Below are positions 25,413-34,168 of a stretch of 38,726 nt of DNA, piece by piece. Numbering within the stretch: position 1 is the stretch's first letter; the number at the start of each line of letters is the position of its first letter. This DNA comes from a virus. Its lineage: Duplodnaviria; Caudoviricetes. The notes under the pieces were generated by a model, which was given only the letters and a program-made list of their open reading frames with translations, had not been told where the DNA came from and searched no databases. The translations under genes were made by a program, and so were the position numbers. The DNA lies in IMG/VR virus record IMGVR_UViG_3300020042_007044, positions 1 to 38,726 of that record; one strand, 5' to 3'.

Positions 25413-26348
25413 TTACGCTAGAACCACAGCGCGGTTGGTTAGGAATGTTACGGTCTCTTGATTTAGTCCAGCATGCTCTTGAAGGTCTGCAAGCATATTG
25501 GTTAGGTCAACTCTGATATTAGCCTCAACGTGAGTCTTAGCAGCAGTGATTAACGCTTGAGTAAAAAGAACCCAGTGACGAATCTTTGTTCCATCTAACG
25601 TTCCTTGATGTTGACGGATTTCTACAGTGCCATACTTTGGATACGACATCACATTGATTTTGCGGTAACGGTTGAAAGAACTACGAATACGACCATAAGA
25701 AGTAAGTTCACTTTCTATCTGACGCAGTTCTTGGTCACTGGTGTTCTGGCAGTAAGTGTTGCTATTTCCACGACGTGAGCGTGAAACAAGTGAATCAATT
25801 TCTGTTTGACGGTCAGACCACAATCTTACGAAGGCGGCAATCTCTGAACCTGTAAGACCAGCCATATCGTGGTGAACATGCAGTCCCGTACTTAGATTGA
25901 CTGATGCACCAGCATTAAGCAAAGTAGTAACAGCAAGTTCAATCTGATTTAGACCTGCTTCACCGCGAAGTGGTGGAGATACGAGTTCTCCACAACCACC
26001 ACCAACTGAACGAACAGAACCATCTGAAACTATTTTCCAGTGACGACGAGTAGTGTGGCTGTACGCTTCATGTACGGCGTTGATACCAGCAGCCTGTAAC
26101 GCTGTTTCTGCTTCACCGCGACTGATTCCACTGAACTCTACTTCTACACCAAATCGGCGACCTTGTACAGATGATGAACCACCATTCAGACGTAGGATTC
26201 CTGAACGGACGGCGTTGCGTGCTGACGAAGCATTTGAATAACCTAATGCATCAGCAATTGCTTGGTACGTATTGCCTTGCTCGTACATTTCTACAGCAGA
26301 ACGCAGACGTGCTTCTGTGATGTCTGCTCTGACTCTCATTCTTGGCAT
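25413..26348 (-). CDS. Amidoligase_2-type COOH-NH2 ligase with N-terminal HTH
   Basis: FGVEVE, DGS, ELVSPPL, GLHVH, RY..IN, TVEIRQH motifs; N-terminal 'TYQAIADALGYSNASSARNAV' HTH. Confidence 0.88.
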   Translation of the reverse strand: MPRMRVRADITEARLRSAVEMYEQGNTYQAIADALGYSNASSARNAVRSGILRLNGGSSSVQGRRFGVEVEFSGISRGEAETALQAAGINAVHEAYSHTTRRHWKIVSDGSVRSVGGGCGELVSPPLRGEAGLNQIELAVTTLLNAGASVNLSTGLHVHHDMAGLTGSEIAAFVRLWSDRQTEIDSLVSRSRRGNSNTYCQNTSDQELRQIESELTSYGRIRSSFNRYRKINVMSYPKYGTVEIRQHQGTLDGTKIRHWVLFTQALITAAKTHVEANIRVDLTNMLADLQEHAGLNQETVTFLTNRAVVLA

Positions 26349-26392
26349 TTCACTTTCCTCTCTCTGTGGTCTGGGTCTTTCCCATTGGCTTA

Positions 26393-26421
26393 ATCATTCC
26401 GTAAGTGGGGTTAGGTGTCTA
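26393..26421 (-). promoter_or_regulatory. Promoter of amidoligase cassette with operator in the spacer
   Basis: TAGACA-17 nt (CCTAACCCCACTTACGG)-AATGAT; spacer is 16/17 identical to that at 11513-11529. Confidence 0.72.
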
Positions 26422-26545
26422 TCGTGATACCCCACCAATTTTGGGCGTGTTTCGGGAACATGCTCCGCTTCATGAAGCGTTCTTTGTGACGTAGATAACC
26501 AAAAATCTTTTTAGGCGTTTGTACCGAATGTCCGTATTGCTTACT

Positions 26546-27358
26546 TCAAGTCTGGGTTTTGGCTAATCGTTCAGTTCGGTTGCTATCTCTATCGGATTGA
26601 AGTCCAGCAAATGATTTACCAGCCATACGCTTTTTGAAATGCGGAATGTTATTTGCAGGAATACCAATACGTACAGCAGGAAGCAGAACAGCCTGCAAGT
26701 CATTATCACTCTGGTCAACGTAACCTTCTTCGGTCATTGACACCATTGACAAAAATACATCAGCGTGACGGTCACTATCTTTATCAACAAGCGAATCTTG
26801 ACGACCACCCATTGAATACAACCAACGGAAGTTATCAGGCGCTACACCATCAACCATACGACGAAAACGGGACACTTCTTTCGTGTACGCATAGAACAAC
26901 ACATCAGGTACAGCGCGAGCAATATCAAGCCAAGCGTCAGTATATTCATCACTAAAAAAATCACCGCTATCATGCACCCGAACGGCTTTACCACCAGACA
27001 ACAACCATTGACGCACCCAGTCATCTACATCATCTAACGACACCCGTGACACTTCTTTTGGTACACCAGTCGGACGGAATCTACGAGACGATAATTCGGT
27101 CACCATAGCGGTCTTCCAACCATCAAGGTCATCAAGCACAAAATGTAAATTGAGCAGATGTTTACGCCTCACGGCTGGAAACAAATACGTACCATTACGT
27201 GCATAGCAAACTTGAGCACAAGCACCTGCTTCTGGACAGACATTAAAGTTACGACCATCTAGTAATTTGACTGCAAACGCAGGTAACGTCCAATTAGAAA
27301 TACCATCAGCGCGTAGTTCACTGTTACTTGTCAACAACTTGGCTGGTCTGGGTATCAC
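26546..27358 (-). CDS. GP88-like protein (radical-SAM-related Fe-S protein)
   Basis: CX5CX3C (CPEAGACAQVCYA), 'R.HDSGDF', 'YAYTK' motifs. Confidence 0.8.
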   Translation of the reverse strand: MIPRPAKLLTSNSELRADGISNWTLPAFAVKLLDGRNFNVCPEAGACAQVCYARNGTYLFPAVRRKHLLNLHFVLDDLDGWKTAMVTELSSRRFRPTGVPKEVSRVSLDDVDDWVRQWLLSGGKAVRVHDSGDFFSDEYTDAWLDIARAVPDVLFYAYTKEVSRFRRMVDGVAPDNFRWLYSMGGRQDSLVDKDSDRHADVFLSMVSMTEEGYVDQSDNDLQAVLLPAVRIGIPANNIPHFKKRMAGKSFAGLQSDRDSNRTERLAKTQT

Positions 27359-28698
27359 TCTTTTGCTCCCCTAAGTCTGGTATTGAGTAAATCAGTCAAA
27401 CGATTATTAGCCTGAATACCAACGCCTACGTAAGTGAATCCTGCTGCGACTGCGGCGTTAGCGTCAAGTATGTTCCGAGCGTCTACTATTTTTCTGGAAG
27501 CCATTACTGCTCCTACTTGATGAAGGTCAACGCCTACGAACTCTGTCCACTCTGTCAATATAACTAGAGCGTCTGCCCCATCACACGCTTTGATTGCGCT
27601 ATCAACACTATCCCACGGTAAATCTGCTGTATTGGCTACAGGGTCAAAAGCCACAACCTCACCACCTTGAGAGATTATCTCTGTAATTACGGCAAACGCT
27701 GGACTTTCTCGCATGTCAGAAGTGTCTGCTTTGAAAGCCAGACCCCAAACAGCAATCTTCTTTCCTGCCAAATCACCAACTATCCACTCAAGACGATTGA
27801 CTATTTTTTTTGGTTGTTCATCATTTGACTTTACAGCACCTCTTACAACTCTTAGGTCTACTTTGTGTTCGTGAGCGATTGCAAGTAACGCCATTGTGTC
27901 TTTAGGGAAACAAGAACCACCCCAACCAGCACTCGGCGATAAGAATAATTCTCCTATCCTGCGGTCACTTCCAAAGCCACGACGGACATCTGCGTAATCT
28001 GCTCCTATAGCATCACACAATTCTGCTATTTCATTGGCGAAAGTAATCTTTGTAGCAAGGAAACCATTAGCAGCGTACTTACACAATTCAGCACTTATGG
28101 TTGACATGATAATGATTGGGGCTTTGACATTACGGTAAAGTTTTGTTACAAAGTCACCTGCTTCAAGATTATCAGCACCGATAACAATTCTGTCTGGCTT
28201 TAGAAAATCTTGAACAGCAGAACCTTCACGCAGAAACTCTGGATTACTTACTACGGCAACATCTTTGCGGTCTATAAGAGTATTGAGGTAAGACGCAGTA
28301 CCGACTGGGCTAGTGGACTTATTTACAACAACACTGCCTTTAGCGAACATTTTTTTGTGGTTAAGTACAAAAGACTCAAGAAAAGAAATGTCTGCTGCGC
28401 CTGACTCAGAACGTGGAGTTGGTAAACACAACATGATTACATCTGCGTCTTTGAGAATGTCTGAAGCGTCTAAAACAAAACCTAATCTACCTGCCATTAC
28501 ATTCCTGTACAAAATGTCGTCTAGGTTTTTTTCAAAGAAGGGAATACGTCCCTGTTGAATAGACATCATCTTTGTTTTGTCATTCTCTACACAAACTACG
28601 TGATTGCCTAACTCTGCAAGACAAGCAGCAGTAGTTAAACCAACATATCCTGCTCCTATAACAGCAACATTAGTTGCAGTTGCACTTACAGTAGGCAT
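27355..28698 (-). CDS. ugd: UDP-glucose/GDP-mannose 6-dehydrogenase
   Basis: GAGYVG Rossmann motif, PEFLREG, catalytic GGSCFPKD, GLAFK; full length (447 aa). Confidence 0.95.
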   Translation of the reverse strand: MPTVSATATNVAVIGAGYVGLTTAACLAELGNHVVCVENDKTKMMSIQQGRIPFFEKNLDDILYRNVMAGRLGFVLDASDILKDADVIMLCLPTPRSESGAADISFLESFVLNHKKMFAKGSVVVNKSTSPVGTASYLNTLIDRKDVAVVSNPEFLREGSAVQDFLKPDRIVIGADNLEAGDFVTKLYRNVKAPIIIMSTISAELCKYAANGFLATKITFANEIAELCDAIGADYADVRRGFGSDRRIGELFLSPSAGWGGSCFPKDTMALLAIAHEHKVDLRVVRGAVKSNDEQPKKIVNRLEWIVGDLAGKKIAVWGLAFKADTSDMRESPAFAVITEIISQGGEVVAFDPVANTADLPWDSVDSAIKACDGADALVILTEWTEFVGVDLHQVGAVMASRKIVDARNILDANAAVAAGFTYVGVGIQANNRLTDLLNTRLRGAKE

Positions 28699-28919
28699 TA
28701 CTTACCAAAAATAATTTTGTAGACAGTGACTTCAGAAACATTCATGCTCTTACCAATCTCGGCATAAGTGACATTTTGTTTTCTTAAATCAAGGACATGA
28801 CGACGTCTGCTTTTACCAATATCTACAATCTCATCTTGAAGTCTATGAATCTTTGAAGTGTGTTCTCGGACAATCCGTAACAGAGTTTCTTTATCTAACT
28901 GCTCTGGGTTATCGGTCAT
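28698..28919 (-). CDS. Small HTH regulator
   Basis: 'VTYAEIGKSMNVSEVTVYKI' HTH; operator-like site at 28943-28954 upstream. Confidence 0.75.
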   Translation of the reverse strand: MTDNPEQLDKETLLRIVREHTSKIHRLQDEIVDIGKSRRRHVLDLRKQNVTYAEIGKSMNVSEVTVYKIIFGK

Positions 28920-28955
28920 TACGCCACCTTATCTTATTTCTACAACGGGGGTTAG

Positions 28956-29321
28956 TCACGCAACTACACCATTTACGGTCAAAACGAGAGCATTACGTCC
29001 ACGCTGGGGGGCTACGAATGTTATGGAGTGAAGGTATTGAGGTGAGTCGTCGGGCATGACCTTTGCGTCAACAAGACCGTCAATAGCGGCTTTAACGGCT
29101 GGGTTACAAGCCGCAACGTCCTGTAGTCTGCCTCCTTTTTGATACACCTCTACGGTTATGTCACAACTCTGAAGGGTTGGAATCTTTTGCTGACGAGCCA
29201 AAATGCAGAAAGCATGACGCCAAGTTTTTACGTTGTCTGCTCTCTCCCACCTATTGCCAGCACGCTCACTATTAGTTGTCCACGGACGTTGCTCCCAACT
29301 GAGTTGCCAAGACATAGTCAT
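28956..29321 (-). CDS. RusA-like Holliday junction resolvase
   Basis: 'D...C.P.VKA.IDGLVDA....DD' acidic motif. Confidence 0.75.
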   Translation of the reverse strand: MTMSWQLSWEQRPWTTNSERAGNRWERADNVKTWRHAFCILARQQKIPTLQSCDITVEVYQKGGRLQDVAACNPAVKAAIDGLVDAKVMPDDSPQYLHSITFVAPQRGRNALVLTVNGVVA

Positions 29322-29692
29322 TACGAAACTTCTTTGATAGGCACGTAGCCACCGTTATTGTCTAACAACATAGTTGCGCTACGAATTAAAACTGGCTTAG
29401 TTATTGGTTCTTCATACGAGTGAACGAGCCAACCATTTGCATAACTTAGTTCTCTATTAGACTCAACATAACCATGACACCCAGAAGTTCCTGAACCACA
29501 AATCATCATTAAATTACTTGCTTCATTTAATGTCGGGTCTTTACTACCGCCCATTTTTCTTGGCTTACGGTGATGGAGCGAGACAAACTGAGAACTATTT
29601 AACGGCTGATTACAAATCTCACACTTACCACCGCCCCTGAGAACTACAGACATACGGACAAGGGGTGTAGCACCTGTGTAACGACGAGCCAT
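29321..29692 (-). CDS. HNH endonuclease-like protein
   Basis: CEIC...HHR.PR.MGG...N....CG.GT.GCHG. Confidence 0.85.
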   Translation of the reverse strand: MARRYTGATPLVRMSVVLRGGGKCEICNQPLNSSQFVSLHHRKPRKMGGSKDPTLNEASNLMMICGSGTSGCHGYVESNRELSYANGWLVHSYEEPITKPVLIRSATMLLDNNGGYVPIKEVS

Positions 29693-30180
29693 TAAACACT
29701 CAATGCTTTACGTGGCTGTAAATCTATCTGCAACTGGTCACCTACGAGAACTTTACGGTCAAAACGTGTAACTAATTCTTCATAAGCACGCCAGAACTGC
29801 GAGCGCGAGGTTTCTACATTCTCACTCAAACACAGATTTCGCCAACCTAAGTTCTTTACAGTCTCAGTGATAGCACCATGCGAGAACTCTGGCTGACCAT
29901 ACGTACCGTGCTTTGTCATCTGCGCTTGAACTTCTCCCCAAGCCTCAATCTTAGTAGGTGCTAATGACCCTGACTGCTCAGCAACCTTACGACGGATTGA
30001 AGCAATAGATAACCAACGGTCAGAAGTCATTAGCAATTCTTTTACTGCCTTCTCAACTTGCTCAATAGATAAATCAGACAGAAGTTCTGCGTAGACACTT
30101 ATTGTTTCTTTTGTTAACGGATACTGGGGGAACGCAACCGAACATAACGCTAGAACTTTGGCAGCCTCTACATTGTTCAT
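29692..30180 (-). CDS. Helicase loader/inhibitor (G39P-like)
   Basis: Follows the initiator; 'Y..LL.DL....V..AV...SIA.IR...EAW.EV...LGW..LC.SEN' pattern. Confidence 0.7.
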   Translation of the reverse strand: MNNVEAAKVLALCSVAFPQYPLTKETISVYAELLSDLSIEQVEKAVKELLMTSDRWLSIASIRRKVAEQSGSLAPTKIEAWGEVQAQMTKHGTYGQPEFSHGAITETVKNLGWRNLCLSENVETSRSQFWRAYEELVTRFDRKVLVGDQLQIDLQPRKALSV

Positions 30181-30944
30181 GAATCAACACCAATCTGGTC
30201 TTGTAAGAAATCTCTGATAGCAGAGAAGCCACGTGGCTCGCTTTGCTTTTGTTTACGTGAAGCCTCAAGACGCAGACGGTCAAAGTGCTCACGTAACTTT
30301 TGTGGGGAACGTACGTTCATTGACCAGAAGTCATCTTGCGTAGCCCAAAGGATAGCCCCTTGAATCTGCTCTGACGTACGTTGGTCAATCCTCATCATAC
30401 GGTCAATAACCTTTAGCCATTCTTTTGTGACAGTTGGTCGCTTGAAGCCATTACGTTCAATACAGTCAGCAAGTAAGTTACAAATCTCATTAGTAACAGT
30501 ATTATTGTAATTTGAACTCTCTTGTTCACTTTGGCTCTCGTTAGTAATGGCTATGGTTAGTGTGTCGTTTTCTTCACCAGGGGTAGGTACATTTTCTTCG
30601 CTACGTGGTCTGTCTTTATTTTCCCCACCATGCGAAACTTTTGCGCTAGGGGGTATGGAGCAGACGGTATAAATGTTTGAGGTGTAACCACCATCTTCTT
30701 TGTAACGACGTTGTTTTTCAAGAGCACCAAGTTCTAGTAATTCTTTTATGGCTGAATCTACAGTCCTGTCAGAGCAACGCATACGAGCGGCAAGTGTCTG
30801 TCTTGAAGGAAAACACATACCATCTCGGTCAGCATACCTACGTAGCACAGCGTACAAACGTATAGCAGCAGATGAAACGTTAGCGTCTAGCACCCATTCA
30901 GGCACTATTGCAAAGTAGTAATCAGCAGAAGTTTTGTCAGTCAT
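30177..30944 (-). CDS. Replication initiator with N-terminal wHTH
   Basis: 'CFPSRQTLA.RM.CS.RTV..AI.EL...G.L....R...SN.Y' HTH; C-terminal 'FW..NV.SP.KLR..FDRL'. Confidence 0.85.
   Translation of the reverse strand: MTDKTSADYYFAIVPEWVLDANVSSAAIRLYAVLRRYADRDGMCFPSRQTLAARMRCSDRTVDSAIKELLELGALEKQRRYKEDGGYTSNIYTVCSIPPSAKVSHGGENKDRPRSEENVPTPGEENDTLTIAITNESQSEQESSNYNNTVTNEICNLLADCIERNGFKRPTVTKEWLKVIDRMMRIDQRTSEQIQGAILWATQDDFWSMNVRSPQKLREHFDRLRLEASRKQKQSEPRGFSAIRDFLQDQIGVDS
30568..30655. repeat. Iteron-like degenerate repeats inside the initiator gene (putative origin)
   Basis: TTTTCTTCACC (30568), TTTTCTTCGCT (30592), TTTTCCCCACC (30619), TTTTGCGCT (30639); lambda O-like arrangement. Confidence 0.55.
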
Positions 30945-30996
30945 GTCTCTCCTGTCTGAATGTGGGAAGCGAAACGTACTGCATAAAATACATCTA

Positions 30997-31031
30997 CGAC
31001 ACACTGCCATAAGTTTTACAACAGTGTGTCG
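30997..31031. repeat. Inverted repeat CGACACACTG-N15-CAGTGTGTCG upstream of initiator
   Basis: Perfect 10-bp arms in intergenic DNA. Confidence 0.7.
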
Positions 31032-31045
31032 CAGATACAGAAGTT

Positions 31046-31660
31046 TTAGTTAGGTGTTTCTACCAAATCTTCTTCTTCAATGTCACTTACAACTTTTGTT
31101 TCTATTACTGATTCTACTGCAACTGGTTCAGACAACTCTGCTTTCTTGGCTGTGTAAATAGCAAGCAACTCATTACGCTGAGATTCCGATAATTCATACA
31201 TTCCAGCAGCACTCGCAACGGATTGTAAATAACCTATCTCTTTTGCTAGTGACATAGCGGAACTTAGTGCAGTCCACGTCTCTGGTGCTATTGGTTTTTT
31301 CTCTTTTACAGTTTGTTCAGCACGTTGAACTTTTACCATCTCTTCACGTGAAGGTCTTTTTCCTTTTGGAGCAAAACCAAGATTGGCTAAAGCGCGTCCA
31401 ATTGACGACGTTTCACAATTCTCGCTTGCATTGATTCTGTTTACTGGACTACTGCCTTCAATTTCACTTGCAAAACCACTTACAGTTGGCATGCCATCTT
31501 CTTTGTCAATGTAAACATTTGTTTGACACTCCCACTCATAACGACCATCATCACGCAAGACACGTACTGGCTTCTCTGGAAGTATTCTGCCGTTGGGATA
31601 TTTTTCCCAGAAAGCGCGAATACGATTTTCTACTGGTTCATAATCAGACAAATTAAACAT
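31046..31660 (-). CDS. Single-strand annealing protein (Rad52/Erf-like recombinase)
   Basis: 'Y..V..RI..FW..YPNGRI...ENCETS.IGRALANLG' motif; next to Gam-like gene. Confidence 0.7.
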   Translation of the reverse strand: MFNLSDYEPVENRIRAFWEKYPNGRILPEKPVRVLRDDGRYEWECQTNVYIDKEDGMPTVSGFASEIEGSSPVNRINASENCETSSIGRALANLGFAPKGKRPSREEMVKVQRAEQTVKEKKPIAPETWTALSSAMSLAKEIGYLQSVASAAGMYELSESQRNELLAIYTAKKAELSEPVAVESVIETKVVSDIEEEDLVETPN

Positions 31661-32226
31661 TACAATTCCACCTCTACACTCACGGAAAGAGTCCCTTCCT
31701 CAATTGTAAGACCAGGGACAATTTCCCCGTCCTTTGTTACAACTTCCAAAACATTAGCATTTTGTACAACTGCTTCAGCGTAAGCCTCTTTGATTTTAGT
31801 CAACGCAGGTTCTTCTTTGATTCTGATTAAGTCTGGAGCACTGGTACGCGCCCACGGTAAAAATGTATCTGCGTCTACAGACCATTTACGACTTGACTGT
31901 CTAGTTGAAATCTTGCCATGCGGTAGTGCAATTGATTTACGTGGGTCATCAGGGTTCAAACGAACTCTATGACCATAACCAGTTAGGTGAGCGACAAAGT
32001 ATTCACAGTCATTCTCTATGGTTTTATTTACTGACTCTAACCAAGCATTGATACGACCAATCTCAACATCAGCCATTTCTTGATTTACTTTTTGTTTAGC
32101 ACGTAGCGAGCGCAACTTACGCATAGCCCATGCCGCTTTTTGGTCATCATCTATTACAAAGGCTTCCCTGACTTCAATATCTTTGAAATCGTCCAGAGCC
32201 TCATCTAGTGATTGTGGAAGTGACAT
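31660..32226 (-). CDS. Mu Gam-like host-nuclease inhibitor
   Basis: 'F.I.DD..A.WA.RK', 'KSI.LPHGK...R', 'DGEIVPG' motifs; RBS AAGGAG. Confidence 0.8.
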   Translation of the reverse strand: MSLPQSLDEALDDFKDIEVREAFVIDDDQKAAWAMRKLRSLRAKQKVNQEMADVEIGRINAWLESVNKTIENDCEYFVAHLTGYGHRVRLNPDDPRKSIALPHGKISTRQSSRKWSVDADTFLPWARTSAPDLIRIKEEPALTKIKEAYAEAVVQNANVLEVVTKDGEIVPGLTIEEGTLSVSVEVEL

Positions 32227-32256
32227 TAGTTCTCCTTCTTTAGTGTGGAGACTCAA

Positions 32257-32285
32257 TCATAACTGGGGTTAGTTACGCTTGTACA
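32257..32285 (-). promoter_or_regulatory. Early promoter overlapped by TAAC-N4-GTTA operator
   Basis: -10 TATGAT overlapping perfect site TAACTGGGGTTA (32260-32271). Confidence 0.7.
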
Positions 32286-32344
32286 TACCCAGAGTTTGTG
32301 TCTCAACGCTTGACGATACAACGAACCACTGACAAGATACGAGT

Positions 32345-32411
32345 CTGTCATGGGGAAGTGACAGCGATAGACGCAGGGCAGGAATCTCTCTTTTCTGCAC
32401 CTGCGTCTATC
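32345..32411 (-). terminator. Tandem hairpins downstream of the lysis operon
   Basis: 12-bp perfect stem 32366-32377/32400-32411 with inner stem, plus CTGTCA/TGACAG hairpin at 32345-32364; no U-tract. Confidence 0.55.
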
Positions 32412-32503
32412 TCTATACCCAAGAACCCTGAAAACGTCCCTGCAAGCCTTCCAAGCCTCTTAAATGCCTATTGTGGGGCTGACCTTAGACATACAAACAA
32501 AGC

Positions 32504-33007
32504 CTAGAACTTAGGTCTACCGAATCCAACGATAGCAACGGCTAGGTTAGGCTTGAGTTTGTTGCGATTCTTTTTCTTGTACGCACGAATCTTAAGACAC
32601 ACTTCACCGCCATTACGCTGGTCGCCTTTTTTGTCAGCAGCAGTATTGCCTTCAATACATGTAACTGTCCCGTCACCGTTATCTTTCACAACAATCCCAA
32701 CGTGGCTAATACGGTCAACACCGTCTGCTGGAAAATCGAAGAACACTATGTCACCTTGCTGCGGCTGAGAATCTTCTCCCTCAAACCAACGCTTTGATTT
32801 CTTAAAAGCGTCAGCACCAGCAGGTGTGTATACGCAATTAGGGACAGTCACCCCTGCTTTCTTAGCACACCAGTTTACAAAAGCACCACACCACGGCTGG
32901 TTAGCCTTTTGGTATTTAGTTTTATTCTCAGGTACAGATTCTTCAATGTAACCTACTTCAGCAGTAGCAATCTCAATCAAACGCTCTGCTGTCCCTTGTT
33001 CAGCCAT
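32504..33007 (-). CDS. Endolysin, CHAP domain
   Basis: PWCGAFV (catalytic Cys), GDIVFF, HVGIV (His), IEGNT. Confidence 0.9.
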   Translation of the reverse strand: MAEQGTAERLIEIATAEVGYIEESVPENKTKYQKANQPWCGAFVNWCAKKAGVTVPNCVYTPAGADAFKKSKRWFEGEDSQPQQGDIVFFDFPADGVDRISHVGIVVKDNGDGTVTCIEGNTAADKKGDQRNGGEVCLKIRAYKKKNRNKLKPNLAVAIVGFGRPKF

Positions 33008-33219
33008 TATTTATTTTCCTTCCCAGCAAAGTAACCACCGATTATACCTATTAAGCCTACAAGAGCATTTTGCACTAACGCAATAGCGTCAGGGTTTGTT
33101 CCTACGGCTTCACCAGTCAATTGTTGTGCGGTGAGCATAGCGACATATTCACCAACAACAACTAAGGCAATAAAACCAAGTATTCCAAGCGTAATTATCT
33201 TCATTAAGTTATCGCGCAT
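33007..33219 (-). CDS. Two-TM membrane protein (holin-like)
   Basis: Two hydrophobic helices; coupled to the endolysin. Confidence 0.65.
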   Translation of the reverse strand: MRDNLMKIITLGILGFIALVVVGEYVAMLTAQQLTGEAVGTNPDAIALVQNALVGLIGIIGGYFAGKENK

Positions 33220-33790
33220 TTTTTTCTCCTTTTTTGATTTGCGTTATTCTTTTCTTTAATTGTGTGTGATAGATGAAAGGAGCAGAAGTGTAAATGTCGT
33301 TATCAGCGGCAATTGTAAGTGCTTTTTCTATGGGCGCACCAGCAATTAAAGCACCAAGAGCAAAATCAGAGCCAGAGCCAATACCGTAGAAACCTGAACC
33401 ATCTAAACTGACAGACATGTCATCTGAGATTTCAAAGACCATACCACCAACAGCAATTAAGAAAGCAAACTTTGTTTCACCGTCTGCATCTACTTCATTC
33501 CACTTGTACTCATTCTCTTTGAAACAAAGTTTGAGAGACGGTACAACTTTAGCAATTACAAAATGATACAAGTCATCAACGTCGGAGGCTTTTGGGATTG
33601 GGGGTTGCCAGATGTGTTGCGCTATGTCACAAGGAGCACATTCACCAGAACCAGCAATTAAATACAACGAACGTGAAGTAATTTTTACCATCTCGCGGTG
33701 AGACTGCCTACGACCAGCACCACTTGTAACTTGACTGTCAGCACCAAACACTACTTTGTCTTTATATTGAACTGCGACAATTGTGGTCAC
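33209..33790 (-). CDS. HslV/proteasome-beta-like Ntn peptidase
   Basis: N-terminal (M)TTIVAV, ADSQVT, conserved Lys, GIGSGS..ALGAL, D.YT motifs. Confidence 0.85.
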   Translation of the reverse strand: MTTIVAVQYKDKVVFGADSQVTSGAGRRQSHREMVKITSRSLYLIAGSGECAPCDIAQHIWQPPIPKASDVDDLYHFVIAKVVPSLKLCFKENEYKWNEVDADGETKFAFLIAVGGMVFEISDDMSVSLDGSGFYGIGSGSDFALGALIAGAPIEKALTIAADNDIYTSAPFIYHTQLKKRITQIKKGEKNAR

Positions 33791-33874
33791 TTCTCTCCCT
33801 ATAGTCAGGGGAATCCTACGGCAAGGTTATTGGCTGGGCTGTACTGAACACCAGCCCAACCAGAACCTTAATTT

Positions 33875-34159
33875 CTACTTCTTTTTAACGGCAGCCTTTT
33901 TTGAAGCGGTACTGATTTTCGCACTTACTTCTTTTGCAGTTGATTCAGCGATACGCCCAAATGCTGGGTCTTTTTTATTAGCCCAACGCAACAATACAGG
34001 AATTACAGAAGCCCATAAAGCATTTGATACATCTAACCATTGGCTAGTGCTAAATGACAATGGACTTGCTCCGTTGCCTACAATTGCGACTGCGGTAAAA
34101 GTTGCACCCATAAGACTACGTCCATAAGACGCAAGCATGGCTTTCATTTTGTTATCCAT
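33875..34159 (-). CDS. Putative holin
   Basis: Two hydrophobic segments, 'SYGRS...PVLLRWAN.KDPAFG', basic C-terminus; within lysis cassette. Confidence 0.7.
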   Translation of the reverse strand: MDNKMKAMLASYGRSLMGATFTAVAIVGNGASPLSFSTSQWLDVSNALWASVIPVLLRWANKKDPAFGRIAESTAKEVSAKISTASKKAAVKKK

Positions 34160-34168
34160 TTGATACTC

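Noticed and set aside
27355-28698. Host capsule/polysaccharide locus or prophage boundary at ugd
   Set aside because: The gene overlaps phage ORFs on both sides and shares the GATC avoidance, so it is a resident phage gene
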